DNA of 64,000 nt. Source: Microbacterium sp. (GTDB lineage: Bacteria > Actinomycetota > Actinomycetes > Actinomycetales > Microbacteriaceae). Positions 8,588-18,157 of the stretch are shown here, piece after piece. The stretch lies in NCBI RefSeq assembly GCF_017305435.1, contig NZ_JAFKIP010000008.1, forward strand, positions 187,216-251,215, read 5' to 3'. Position 1 is the stretch's first letter. Each line of letters opens with the position of its first letter. The position numbers and the translations under genes are program-made. Under the pieces are notes generated by a model. It did not search any database. It had not been told where the DNA came from and was given only the letters and a program-made list of their open reading frames with translations.

Positions 8588-10894
8588 ATGACGGATCGAA
8601 TCCCCGATGGCGCACGTGGATACGACGGCTTCGGCGGGGTCGTCGCCACCCGGACGTCGCAGTCCACGCCGTGGTGGCCGGCGCCCCGACGCGCGCGTGC
8701 CGGAGCGCCGAACGTCATCGTCGTCCTCGTCGACGACATGGGCTTCAGCGACGTGTCGCCCTTCGGGGGAGAGATCGACACGCCCGCCGTCCACGCGCTC
8801 GCCGACGAGGGGTACCGGTTCGCGAACTTCCATGCGACGCCGCTGTGCTCACCGTCCCGCGCGGCGCTGCTGACCGGAGCGAATCCGCATCGGGCCGGCT
8901 TCGGCATGGTCGCCCACGCCGATCCGGGCTATCCGGGGTACCGCATGCTGCTGCCGCGCGAGCTCCCGACCCTTGCGGAGTCCTTCCGTGAGAACGGCTA
9001 CGCGACCTTCATGGTCGGAAAGTGGCATCTGACGCTCGAGTCGCTCATGCACGACGGCGCCGACCGTTCCTCGTGGCCGGTCCAGCGCGGGTTCGATCGG
9101 TACTTCGGGTCGATGGACGGGTTCACGACCCTGTATCACCCGCATCGCCTCGTCCGCGACAACTCGGTCGTCGCCGAGGATCCGGGGGGCGAGGACTACC
9201 TGACCGACCGGCTCACCGACGAGGCCATCGCGATGATCGACGGGCTGCGGGCGAACGAGGCATCCCGCCCGTTCTTCCTCTACTTCGCCCACCACGCCGT
9301 CCACGGGCCGGTGCAGGCCAAACCCGAAGACATCGCCAAGTACCGCGGCGCGTACGACGCCGGATGGGATCGCGTGCGCGCGGAGCGTCTCGAGCGTCAG
9401 ATCGCCGCCGGCCTGATGCCCGCGGGAACGGTGCTCCCCGCGGCGGCGGACAGCGACGACATCCCACGATGGGACGAGCTCGACGACGAAGCGCGTGCCC
9501 TGTTCGCGCGGCACATGGAGGTCTACGCCGCGGCCGTCGACGGCGTCGATCAGTCGCTCGGCCGGCTCGTCGCGCACCTCAAGGAGATCGACGAGTACGA
9601 CAACACGATCATCGTCTTCACGAGTGACAACGGAGGGACGGCGGAGGGCGGTCCGACAGGAACCCGCAGCTACTTCAGCCAGTTCGTGCACGCCGCGGAT
9701 CTGCCGCGTGACTGGGTGCGCGACGTCGAGAGGCCGCTCGACGAGATGGGTGGCCCCCGCGTGCACGGGCACTACCCTGCGGGCTGGGCGCGAGTCTCGA
9801 ACACGCCGTTCCGTCAGTTCAAGGGGTCGCTGTACGAAGGCGGCATCCACACCCCGCTCGTCGTCTCCTGGCCCGCCGGCCTGCCGCGGGCGGTCGGCGA
9901 CGACGGTGTCCGGACGGGGTTCGCGTACATCACCGACCTCGCGCCCACGCTGCTCGAGCTCGCGGGCGCGACGCGCGCCGCGGAAGCGGCGGGCGTCCGC
10001 GCGGAGGATGCCGATGGCGAGAGCTTCGCCGCCGCTCTGCGCGACAGCGGAGCTCCGGGCCGCGCCGATCAGTACCTCGCGCTCGTCGGCCAGCGCGCAT
10101 ACTTCGGCCGCGGATTCAAGGCGGTCGCCCCCGCACTCGGCCAGACGGATGACGACCTGCGCGATTGGCGGCTGTACGACCTCGCCGCCGACCCGGCCGA
10201 ATCGATGGACGTCGCTGCCGAGCACCCCGACATCGTGGCCGACCTCGCCGAGCGGTGGCGCGTGGCGGCGTGGCGGAACACCGTCTTCCCGCTCGGCGAC
10301 GACTTCTCGCTCTTCGGCGTGCGCCCCGCGACAGACCTCGAGTACTCCCAGCCGGTGACGATCCGGCCCGGCACACCGACGCTCGAACGGTGGCGGTCGG
10401 CGCGACTCGTCTCGTTGCGCTCGTTCGTGGTCGAGGTCGACCTCGACGGCGACCTCGGGGAAGGCATGCTGTTCAGCCACGGCGATCAGGGTGGAGGCTA
10501 CGCCCTCTATGCCGAGGCCGGTGCGCTCGTGTTCGCCTACAACGCGTACGGCCGGATGACCCGGAGTGCGGTCGAGACAGCTGCTGCGCGGCGGGTGGTC
10601 GTGCGATTCGCCGCGCTCGCCGCGTTCGAGCGGGAGGTCGTCGTCGAGGTCGACGAGGACGAGCGGATGAGGCTCGATCGCCTCCCGATGCTCATCGGGA
10701 TGGCGCCGTTCACGGGCATCAGCGTCGGCGCCGACGGCGGCGGGCCGGTCGACTGGGAGCTCTTCGAGCGACACGGACGATTCCCGTACTCGGGCGATCT
10801 GCGTTCGGTGCGCTACGTGCCCGGAGCCACGGCGCCCTACAACCACGAGGTCATGGTCGCCGTCGACGAGATCAGCGCCCGGTTGATGGACTGA
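8588..10894 (+). CDS. Arylsulfatase (Cys-type, formylglycine-dependent)
   Basis: ORF 8588..10894(+), 768 aa. VIVVLVDDMGFSD and CSPSRAALLTG (C-x-P-x-R) motifs. RBS AAAGGAG. Confidence 0.92.
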   Translation: MTDRIPDGARGYDGFGGVVATRTSQSTPWWPAPRRARAGAPNVIVVLVDDMGFSDVSPFGGEIDTPAVHALADEGYRFANFHATPLCSPSRAALLTGANPHRAGFGMVAHADPGYPGYRMLLPRELPTLAESFRENGYATFMVGKWHLTLESLMHDGADRSSWPVQRGFDRYFGSMDGFTTLYHPHRLVRDNSVVAEDPGGEDYLTDRLTDEAIAMIDGLRANEASRPFFLYFAHHAVHGPVQAKPEDIAKYRGAYDAGWDRVRAERLERQIAAGLMPAGTVLPAAADSDDIPRWDELDDEARALFARHMEVYAAAVDGVDQSLGRLVAHLKEIDEYDNTIIVFTSDNGGTAEGGPTGTRSYFSQFVHAADLPRDWVRDVERPLDEMGGPRVHGHYPAGWARVSNTPFRQFKGSLYEGGIHTPLVVSWPAGLPRAVGDDGVRTGFAYITDLAPTLLELAGATRAAEAAGVRAEDADGESFAAALRDSGAPGRADQYLALVGQRAYFGRGFKAVAPALGQTDDDLRDWRLYDLAADPAESMDVAAEHPDIVADLAERWRVAAWRNTVFPLGDDFSLFGVRPATDLEYSQPVTIRPGTPTLERWRSARLVSLRSFVVEVDLDGDLGEGMLFSHGDQGGGYALYAEAGALVFAYNAYGRMTRSAVETAAARRVVVRFAALAAFEREVVVEVDEDERMRLDRLPMLIGMAPFTGISVGADGGGPVDWELFERHGRFPYSGDLRSVRYVPGATAPYNHEVMVAVDEISARLMD

Positions 10895-12131
10895 GCTCTC
10901 CGATCTCTCCCGCGCCGGGTGCGCGGGCGGCGCGGCGCACGCCGATCCAGGCAATCACGGCGGCGGCCGCCGCGGCGATCGCCATCGTGGCGGCCATCGT
11001 CAGCGTCGTCGTGCCGCCGAGCGCCGCGAGCGGCGCGACGACCGGTCCGAAGAGGAACGTCGACGTGCCGAGGAGCGCCGCGGCCGTGCCGGCACGCGCA
11101 CCGTGCCGGGCGAGTGCGAGCGTCGATCCGTTCGGCCCGCTCGTGCCGGCGAGCAGCATGAACAGCACGAGCGAAGCCGCGATGAGGGCACCGGAGGCGC
11201 CCGCGGACGCGAGCGCGAGGAGCACGAGGGTGGATGCCAGCGTCGCGGTGATCCCCGTGAGGTACATCCGCGCGGGCCCGAGCCGAGGGACGAGCACACG
11301 GCTGATCTGGCCGCCGGCGATGCTCGCGAGAGCGCACGCGGCGAAGACGAGGCTGAACGCCTGCGGAGACAGGTCGAACTGCTCCTGCATGACGAAGCTC
11401 GACATCGACAGATACGTGAAGAACGCGACGCCGCCGGCGGCTCCCGCGAGCAGAACGGCGCGGAAGAGCGGGTCGCGCACGGCCTCGCCGGCGTGGGCGA
11501 GGGCCTCCGGCATCCCGCCCGCATGACGCTCGGCGGGCGCGAGAGTCTCCGGCAGCGCGAACAGGACGAGCGCGACGAGGCACACCCCGACGCCGCCGAG
11601 CACCCAGAACACGCCCCACCAGTCCATGACGTAGGCGAGCTGCCCGCCGACGATCGGCGCCACGATCGGCGCCGTGCCCGACACGACGAGCAGCAGTGAC
11701 AGCATGCGCGAGAGGGCGACGCCCGTGAAGAGGTCGCGTGCGACCGCGAGAGAGATGACGATGCCGGCCGATCCGGCGAGGCCCTGCAGGAATCGCGCCG
11801 CGAGGAGCATCTCGATCGTCGGAGCGAGAGCGCAGCAGACCGACAGCACGGCGAAGGCGGCGACCCCCACGACGAGCGGGCGCCGGCGGCCGAACCGGTC
11901 GCTCAACGGCCCCGCGACGAGCTGACCGAGGCCCAGCCCGATCATGCAGGCCGACATGGTCGCCTGCGCGAGCGCGTCGGAGACGTCGAAGCTCCGCGCG
12001 AGCTGCGGCAGATGCGGCAGGTAGAGATCCATCGACAGCGGCCCGAACGCTTCGAGCAGACCCAGCACGAGCACGGCCCGCAGTGTCGAGAGGCGGCGTG
12101 CCGGAACACGCGGCGTCTCCGTGCCGCTCAC
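10872..12131 (-). CDS. MFS transporter, Bcr/CflA-type drug/metabolite exporter
   Basis: ORF 10872..12239(-) trimmed to GTG 12131, which overlaps the esterase stop (GTGA). 12-TM pattern with motif A GPLSDRFGRRRP. The 3' end overlaps the convergent sulfatase by 23 nt. Confidence 0.85.
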   Translation of the reverse strand: MSGTETPRVPARRLSTLRAVLVLGLLEAFGPLSMDLYLPHLPQLARSFDVSDALAQATMSACMIGLGLGQLVAGPLSDRFGRRRPLVVGVAAFAVLSVCCALAPTIEMLLAARFLQGLAGSAGIVISLAVARDLFTGVALSRMLSLLLVVSGTAPIVAPIVGGQLAYVMDWWGVFWVLGGVGVCLVALVLFALPETLAPAERHAGGMPEALAHAGEAVRDPLFRAVLLAGAAGGVAFFTYLSMSSFVMQEQFDLSPQAFSLVFAACALASIAGGQISRVLVPRLGPARMYLTGITATLASTLVLLALASAGASGALIAASLVLFMLLAGTSGPNGSTLALARHGARAGTAAALLGTSTFLFGPVVAPLAALGGTTTLTMAATMAIAAAAAAVIAWIGVRRAARAPGAGEIGELSPSTGR

Positions 12132-13132
12132 GGCAGGTCGAGGAGCCGACGGATCCAGCTGTCTCGGGCGGCGTTCGCGGCCTGCGACACGATCGCGTCG
12201 GGGGAGAACCCGCTGAAGCCGTGATAGCCGCCGCCCCACACGTGGAGCTCGGCCTGACCGCCGGTCGCCCAGATCCGCGTCGCATACGCGACGGCCTCAT
12301 CGCGGAAGGTCTCTGCAGCCCCGACCTCGACGTAGGCAGGAGGGAGGCCGGCGAGGTCGGTCGCGCGCGCGGGAGCGGTGTACGGCGAGACGGCGTCCGT
12401 GAAGCGATCGGCGCCGGCGATGGCATCCCATGCCGTGTCGTTGTTGTTCCGGTCCCACGCGCCGATGCCGTCGTACTGGTGCGCCGACACGGTCTCGTTC
12501 CGATCATCGAGCATCGGGCAGTTCAGCAGCTGCCCCGCGATCGCGGGCCCGCCGCGGTCGCGGCTGAGGAGGGCCACCGCCGCCGACAGACCGCCGCCCG
12601 CGCTCGCGCCCGACACGAGGATGCGGGCCGGGTCGATGCCGAGCTCTGCCGCGTGCGCGGCCATCCACACCAGTGTCGCGTAGCAGTCCTCGGCCTGCGC
12701 GGGGCCTGGGTGCTCCGGGGCGAGTCGGTACTCGACGGCGACCCCGACGACGCCGTAGCGCTCCGCGAGGTCGATGATCTCGGGGGTGCCGAAGAACCGC
12801 GTCCCGAGCACCATGCCGCCGCCGTGGATCGAGAGCACGGCGGGGGCGGGCGTGGATGCCGGTGCCGTCGGCCGGGCGATCGTGATCTCGACCTCGGGCG
12901 CGCCGGCCGGTCCGGGGATGAGCCGGTCCTCCCAGACGACCGCCCGGCCGGCGACCTGCTGATCGATCGAGGGGATGATCGTCGCGAAGTGGTCGCGGTT
13001 CGCGTGGATCGTCTCCGCGCGCAGCGGGATGATCTCGACGAGTTCGAGGAACGCCGCGAGACCGGGCTCCAACGCAGGGTCGTACGGCACCGGCGCCGGG
13101 CGCGCCGCCGGCGCCTTCTCGGCGGTGCTCAC
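12128..13132 (-). CDS. Alpha/beta hydrolase, hormone-sensitive-lipase-type esterase (copy 1)
   Basis: C-terminal part of ORF 12128..13936(-). Oxyanion motif HGGG and nucleophile elbow GASAGG. GTG 13132 overlaps the upstream stop (GTGA). Confidence 0.85.
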   Translation of the reverse strand: MSTAEKAPAARPAPVPYDPALEPGLAAFLELVEIIPLRAETIHANRDHFATIIPSIDQQVAGRAVVWEDRLIPGPAGAPEVEITIARPTAPASTPAPAVLSIHGGGMVLGTRFFGTPEIIDLAERYGVVGVAVEYRLAPEHPGPAQAEDCYATLVWMAAHAAELGIDPARILVSGASAGGGLSAAVALLSRDRGGPAIAGQLLNCPMLDDRNETVSAHQYDGIGAWDRNNNDTAWDAIAGADRFTDAVSPYTAPARATDLAGLPPAYVEVGAAETFRDEAVAYATRIWATGGQAELHVWGGGYHGFSGFSPDAIVSQAANAARDSWIRRLLDLP

Positions 13133-14115
13133 AGGCCCAGCACCCGTCGCAGCCACGACGTACGCGAAGCGAGCGCGGCGCGCGTGATCTCGGTGTCCGG
13201 CATGTACATGTCGAAGCCGTGGCATCCCCCCGCCCACACGTGCAGCTCCGCCTGTCCGCCGGTCGCCCAGATGCGCGACGCGTAGGCGACATCCTCGTCG
13301 CGGAACAACTCTGCCGCGCCCACCTCGATGAACGCGGGCGGCAGGTTCGAAAGGTCGGCCGCGCGGCTCGGCGCCGCGTACGCGGGCGCCGCATCGCTCG
13401 AGGCGAGTTCCTCGCCGAGGACGCAGTCCCAGGCGAGCAGATTGAGTTCGCGCAGCCAGGTGCCGATGCCGTCGTACTGCAGGCTCGCGACGGACGAGTT
13501 CGTGTTGTCGATCATGGGGCACAGCAGGAGCTGGCCCGCCATGGTCGGCCCCTGGCGGTCGCGCGCGAGGAGCGCGACGGCAGCCGAGAAACCGCCGCCT
13601 GCGCTCCCGCCCATAACGACGATGCGGTCGGGGTCGACGCCGAGCTCGGCGGCGTTCTCGGCGAGCCAGACGAAGCCGGCGTAGCAGTCCTCGACGCCGG
13701 CGGGGTAGGGGTCCTCCGGGGCGAGGCGGTACTCCACCGTGACCCCGACGACGCCGAGCTCGTCGACGAGGTCGACGACACGCCCGCTCTCCCACGACCG
13801 ATGCCCGACGATCATGCCGCCGCCGTGGATGTTGTAGAGCGCGGGGAGGGCCTCCCCGTCGCGACCGCGCGGACGGAAGATCGTCACCTCGATGTCGGGC
13901 GCGCCGTCGGGGCCGGGGATCACGCGCTCCTCCCAATCGATCTCGCGCCCCGCGATCACGTCGTCGTTGCCCGGGAACATGCGGTCGGTGCCCTCGCGCG
14001 GAAGGGTGTCGCGGGTCATGGGCGGCTGCGCGGGCAGCGCGTCGAGCACCGCCTGGATCTCGGGGTCGAAGGGGACGGGCGGCAGTTGGGGGCGGCCGAG
14101 GGCGGGTGCGGTCAT
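13129..14115 (-). CDS. Alpha/beta hydrolase, hormone-sensitive-lipase-type esterase (copy 2)
   Basis: ORF 13129..14370(-) trimmed to ATG 14115, preceded by AGGAGA. HGGG and GGSAGG motifs. Tandem paralog of 12128..13132. Confidence 0.88.
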   Translation of the reverse strand: MTAPALGRPQLPPVPFDPEIQAVLDALPAQPPMTRDTLPREGTDRMFPGNDDVIAGREIDWEERVIPGPDGAPDIEVTIFRPRGRDGEALPALYNIHGGGMIVGHRSWESGRVVDLVDELGVVGVTVEYRLAPEDPYPAGVEDCYAGFVWLAENAAELGVDPDRIVVMGGSAGGGFSAAVALLARDRQGPTMAGQLLLCPMIDNTNSSVASLQYDGIGTWLRELNLLAWDCVLGEELASSDAAPAYAAPSRAADLSNLPPAFIEVGAAELFRDEDVAYASRIWATGGQAELHVWAGGCHGFDMYMPDTEITRAALASRTSWLRRVLGL

Positions 14116-14164
14116 GACGGTCTCCTGGAGGAAGAAGGGGAAGGGATGCCGGGTGTCGGCGGGG

Positions 14165-15115
14165 TCAGGGGCCCTCGGGGTCGACGACACCGTCGTCGCA
14201 CCAGAACGGCTCGACGAGCCGGCGGAGCTCGGCTGCCCCGACGCGGTCCACGAGCGCCACGGCCCCGAGGTTGGCGCGCAGCTGCGCGGTGCTCGTCGCG
14301 CCGAAGAGGGTCGTCGCGAGGGCCGGATGGGTGAGCGAGAAGGCGATGCCGAGCTGAGCGGGCGTGGCATCCAGGCTCTCCGCCAGCGCGGTGAAGGCGG
14401 GGACGGTGGCGATGATGCGCTCGCGGATCTCGCCGGGGTCGCGTCCGACCTGACGGCTGGGCGCGACCTTGCCGGCGAGGATGCCGCCCTCGAGCACGTC
14501 GGATGCCTGCAGGCCGAGTCCCTGCGACCAGAGGCGCGCGAACGGGGCGCCGTCGGGGATCGCCCGCCGCGCGACCGAGTACTTCAGCTGCGCGATCTGC
14601 GGACCGGGCAGCCCGTCCTCCGCGGCGATGTCGATGAGGCGCTGGACCGTCGTCGCCGACCAGTTGTTGACGCCCCACGCGCGGATCAGACCCGCGGCCG
14701 TCAGCGCGCCGAGGTCGTGCACGAGCACGCGCAGGTCGACCGGGGAGTCCCGCAGATCGCCGAGGACGACGAGGTCCGCATGGTCCTCGCCGACGCGGAA
14801 CAGCGCGTTCTCCAGCTGCGGGCGGAATCCGTCGTCGCCGTAGCCTTCGAGCCACAGCTTGCTCGACAGCATCCACTCGTCTCGCCGCACGCCGGCGGCC
14901 CGGATGATCGCGGAGAACAGCACGTCGGTGAACACCGGGGGCGCGCCCGGGAACGAGTACACGCCGACGTCGAAGAGGTTCACCCCGGCATCCACGGCGC
15001 CCCGCACCATCGTGACGGCCTCGGCGAAGTCCATGCGGTCGTACGTGTGCCACGAGCCGAGGGCGAAGACCGAGGTCTCCAGCCCGCTCGTACCGAGGGG
15101 ACGGCGGGGGATCAT
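14165..15115 (-). CDS. Aldo/keto reductase
   Basis: C-terminal 316 codons of ORF 14165..16399(-), MIPRRPLGTSGLETSVFALGSW... ATG 15115 overlaps the ADH stop (ATGA). Paralog of 17143..18102. Confidence 0.88.
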   Translation of the reverse strand: MIPRRPLGTSGLETSVFALGSWHTYDRMDFAEAVTMVRGAVDAGVNLFDVGVYSFPGAPPVFTDVLFSAIIRAAGVRRDEWMLSSKLWLEGYGDDGFRPQLENALFRVGEDHADLVVLGDLRDSPVDLRVLVHDLGALTAAGLIRAWGVNNWSATTVQRLIDIAAEDGLPGPQIAQLKYSVARRAIPDGAPFARLWSQGLGLQASDVLEGGILAGKVAPSRQVGRDPGEIRERIIATVPAFTALAESLDATPAQLGIAFSLTHPALATTLFGATSTAQLRANLGAVALVDRVGAAELRRLVEPFWCDDGVVDPEGP

Positions 15116-16251
15116 GCGGCACGCTCCGGCGTGTGGTCGGCGTGGTCGGCGTGATCGAGGCGCGGGTCGATGACCGCTTTGACCTCCGCGAGGTGCTCCA
15201 TCGCGGCGAGCTTCGCCGAGGCGCCGGCGAGGCCCACGGGGGCGCTGAACAGCGCGTCCCAGTCGTAGCGGTCGGCGAAGGCGGCGAAGAAGTCGATCGA
15301 TCGGGCATAGTCGGCGATGTCGCCGTTGAGAGATCCGGTCACGGTGAGTTCCTTGCCCATCACGGCGCTGAGCGGCAGCGCGTCGCCGACGGGGCCGGTC
15401 GAGCCGACGATCGTCACGGTGCCGCGCTGCGCGGCCATGCCGACCGCCTCGGGACCGACGCTGGGAGCCCCCGCGAAGTCGAAGACGTGATCGGCGCCGT
15501 GGCCGCCCGTCAGCTCCATCACCTGCGCGACGACGGAGCCCTCGCCGATGTGCACCGTCGCGTCGGCGCCGAAGCGCGCGGCGAGCTCGAGGCGCGCCGC
15601 GGGGGCGCCGATCGTGATCACCTGCGCCGCACCGGAGATCTTCGCGACCGCGGTGGCGAAGATCCCGAGTGCTCCCGAGCCCTGGATCGCGACGCGTGAT
15701 CCGGGGCGGATGCCGCCGGCACGGTCGAACGCGCGCAGCACCGTCTTCGCGGCGCAGCCCGCCATCGACGCCCACGTGTCCTTGACGTTCTCGGGCAGAC
15801 GCAGCTTCGCGGCACCGGGCGTGACGTACGCGTAGTCGGCGAGGCCGGCCGTCGCGAACGGCGGCACGTCGCTGCGCTGCAGGAAGCCGTAGCCGCGGTG
15901 GGCGCAGTGCACCGGCTCGCGCAGCACGACGCAGCCGTAGCACTGCCCGCACGTCGACTCCGACCAGCCGATCCGGTCGCCGACCGCCAGGTCGCGCCCG
16001 AGTGCATCGCGCGTGCCGTCGCCGAGGGCGACGATCTCGCCGATCATCTCGTGCCCGAGCACCATCGGCAGCATGCCGGGGAACGTCATCTTCCCCGACC
16101 AGATCTCGATATCGGTGCCGCACAGGGTCGCGCAGCGGATGCGGACGATCGCCGCGCCCGGGGCGGGGGCGGGCAGGGGGAGCTCCTGCAGCTCGAGGGG
16201 GCCGCCGTGCGTCGTGAGCACGGCGGCGCGGGTGGTGGTGGGGGTGGTCAT
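15112..16251 (-). CDS. Zinc-dependent alcohol dehydrogenase (MDR family)
   Basis: ORF 15112..16251(-), 379 aa. Catalytic Zn motif GHEMIGE, structural Zn CGQCYGC, Rossmann GSGALG. Confidence 0.9.
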   Translation of the reverse strand: MTTPTTTRAAVLTTHGGPLELQELPLPAPAPGAAIVRIRCATLCGTDIEIWSGKMTFPGMLPMVLGHEMIGEIVALGDGTRDALGRDLAVGDRIGWSESTCGQCYGCVVLREPVHCAHRGYGFLQRSDVPPFATAGLADYAYVTPGAAKLRLPENVKDTWASMAGCAAKTVLRAFDRAGGIRPGSRVAIQGSGALGIFATAVAKISGAAQVITIGAPAARLELAARFGADATVHIGEGSVVAQVMELTGGHGADHVFDFAGAPSVGPEAVGMAAQRGTVTIVGSTGPVGDALPLSAVMGKELTVTGSLNGDIADYARSIDFFAAFADRYDWDALFSAPVGLAGASAKLAAMEHLAEVKAVIDPRLDHADHADHTPERAA

Positions 16252-16260
16252 GGTGTCCTT

Positions 16261-17004
16261 TCAGACCAGCAGCTGGCCGCCGTCGACCGGCAGGCTCACG
16301 CCGGTGATGTGCGCGGCGTCGGGAGATGCGAGGAAGACGGCCGCCGCGGCGACCTGGCGCGGATCGGCGAACTGGTGGAGCGGGATGCGGGAGAGCCATC
16401 CCTCACGCATCGGCGAGCCCTCCGGCATCCCCTCGCGCATCATCGGGGTGTCGACGGGACCGGGTGCGACGGCGTTCACACGGATTCCGGCGGGGCCGAG
16501 CTCGATCGCGGCCCAGCGGGTGAGGGCGTCGACGGCGGCCTTGCTCGACTCGTACGCGCCCATGCCCGGGGTGGGCTGGCGACCGCCGATCGAGGAGACG
16601 TTGACGATCGCACCGCCGGCTCCTGCGGCGGTCATGCGGCGCGCGACGGCCTGCGTCATCGCGAAGGTGCCGAGGATGTTGACCCGGATCGTCGCCTCGA
16701 AGTCCGCGACGGGGAGCTCGAGCACCGTTCCGTGGAGGTGCAGGATGCCGGCGTTGTTGACGAGCACGTCGACGGGGCCGTGCGCCGAGATGGCCGTCTC
16801 GAGCGCGCCGGGGATCGCGGCGGCATCCGTGAGGTCGAGGCCGATCGTCGTGACGCCGAGGTCCGCGCCGAGCGCGTCGAGGCGCTCGCCGGGGAGATCG
16901 GTGAGCGTCACGGCGTCGCCGAGGGCGCGGAAGGCATCGGCGAGGGCGCGGCCGACGCCGCCGGCGCCGCCGGTGATGAGGACGTGCCGGGGAGTGCGGG
17001 TCAT
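16261..17004 (-). CDS. Short-chain dehydrogenase/reductase (SDR)
   Basis: ORF 16261..17004(-), 247 aa. TGGAGGVG cofactor motif, NNAG, and catalytic YESSK. Confidence 0.92.
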   Translation of the reverse strand: MTRTPRHVLITGGAGGVGRALADAFRALGDAVTLTDLPGERLDALGADLGVTTIGLDLTDAAAIPGALETAISAHGPVDVLVNNAGILHLHGTVLELPVADFEATIRVNILGTFAMTQAVARRMTAAGAGGAIVNVSSIGGRQPTPGMGAYESSKAAVDALTRWAAIELGPAGIRVNAVAPGPVDTPMMREGMPEGSPMREGWLSRIPLHQFADPRQVAAAAVFLASPDAAHITGVSLPVDGGQLLV

Positions 17005-17056
17005 GGGGGAGGGCTCCTCTGCGAGCGGGGTGTTGCGACGTTGCAGCAGACGTTAT

Positions 17057-17070
17057 TATACAAACGTAGA
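17057..17070. promoter_or_regulatory. Dyad site B: TATACAAACGTAGA in the SDR-operon / AKR divergent region
   Basis: The minus strand reads TTTTTCTACGTTTGTATAAT, so the dyad overlaps a perfect TATAAT -10 box facing the SDR-ADH-AKR-esterase-MFS operon. It is flanked by the imperfect inverted repeat GCGACG..CAGACG / CGTCTG..CGTCGC. Confidence 0.45.
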
Positions 17071-17142
17071 AAAACACAAGCGTCTGTGTCGTCGCCTCCG
17101 ATCGCAGGGTGGCAGGCACGGGCCGAACGCCAGGAGGCGCCG

Positions 17143-18102
17143 ATGTCACCGTCCCCGATCGCTCGCCGTCCGCTGGGTCCTTCGGGCCCACTCGTGCCGC
17201 CGCTCGCCCTCGGGTCCTGGAACATCTGGGACCGCATGAGTGAGGACGAGGCGGTCGAGATCATCCGCGCGGCCGTCGCGGGCGGGGCGGGGTTCTTCGA
17301 CGTCGCCTACTACAACATGGGCCCGCACGCGGAGAACTCGCGCACCGACATCCTGTTCGGGCGGGCGCTCCGCGCGTCGGGCGTCGCGCGCGACGACGTC
17401 GTCCTGTGCGGCAAGCTGTGGCTCTGGGACTGGCCGCGCACGGGCTTTCGCGCCCAGCTCGAGGAGAGCCTCGAGCGCGCGGGCCTCGACCGGTTCGACG
17501 CCGTCGTCGTCGGTGACTATCGCGACGCGCCCGAGCCCGAGCGGCTCGTCGAGGAGGTCGGCGCCCTCCTCGACGAGGGGCTGTTCGACGTGTGGGGCAT
17601 CAACAACTGGGTCGTCGGCGATACGCGAGCCGTGATCGATCGTGCCGCGGCATCCGGGGTCGTTCCGCCGACGTTCGCGCAGCTGAAGTACTCGATCGTG
17701 CGACGCTCGATGGCGGAGGGGCAGCCCTACCGCGAGCTGTTCGAGGACGGGATGCTCGGTCTGCAGGCATCCGATAGCTTCGAGGGCGGCGTGCTCCTCG
17801 GGCGTACGCCGCAGCGGAAGATCGGCGCCGATGTCGGCGGCATCCGCGAGCGCATCGCGGCGGCGGCACCCGAGGTGGCGCGCGTCGCTGCGGAGTTCGA
17901 GGCGACCCCCGCCCAGCTCGCGACCGCGTACTGCCTCGCCTACGCGCCGACGACGAACGTGCTGTTCGGGGTCTCGCGGCTCGCGCAGCTGGCCGACAAT
18001 CTCGCTGCGGTTCGGCTCGCGGAGCAGTCGGGTGCGGAGATCCGCGCGGCGCTCGCCCACCTCTGGCTGGACGACGGTGTGGCGGCGGACGGCACGTGGT
18101 GA
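17143..18102 (+). CDS. Aldo/keto reductase (divergent paralog)
   Basis: C-terminal 319 codons of ORF 15898..18102(+). ATG 17143 preceded by AGGAGG. MSPSPIARRPLGPSGPLVPPLALGSW... is collinear with the 14165..15115 product. Confidence 0.88.
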   Translation: MSPSPIARRPLGPSGPLVPPLALGSWNIWDRMSEDEAVEIIRAAVAGGAGFFDVAYYNMGPHAENSRTDILFGRALRASGVARDDVVLCGKLWLWDWPRTGFRAQLEESLERAGLDRFDAVVVGDYRDAPEPERLVEEVGALLDEGLFDVWGINNWVVGDTRAVIDRAAASGVVPPTFAQLKYSIVRRSMAEGQPYRELFEDGMLGLQASDSFEGGVLLGRTPQRKIGADVGGIRERIAAAAPEVARVAAEFEATPAQLATAYCLAYAPTTNVLFGVSRLAQLADNLAAVRLAEQSGAEIRAALAHLWLDDGVAADGTW

Positions 18103-18125
18103 TGTTTCGGCCGCGTAACGAATTC

Positions 18126-18139
18126 TCTACAACTGTGGA
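18126..18139. promoter_or_regulatory. Dyad site C1: TCTACAACTGTGGA followed by AAAAA
   Basis: Left arm of an 18-bp inverted repeat (TCTACAACTGTGGAAAAA / TTTTTCCACGGATGTAGA, 16 of 18 complementary). It lies upstream of the -35 box of the peptide-ABC promoter. Confidence 0.5.
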
Positions 18140-18157
18140 AAAAACTCCGATGAACGC

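Noticed and set aside
10872-10894. 23-nt overlap of the convergent sulfatase and MFS gene 3' ends as a sign of mis-annotation.
   Set aside because: Both ORFs are well supported up to their stops. Short convergent overlaps occur in compact high-GC genomes.
15125-15160. GTGGTCGGC GTGGTCGGC GTGATCGAG repeat at the ADH 3' end (encoding HADHADH), resembling the left box of the REP-like element.
   Set aside because: It lies entirely within coding sequence and lacks the hairpin and right box. The similarity is limited to GTGATCGAG, so it is probably coincidental.
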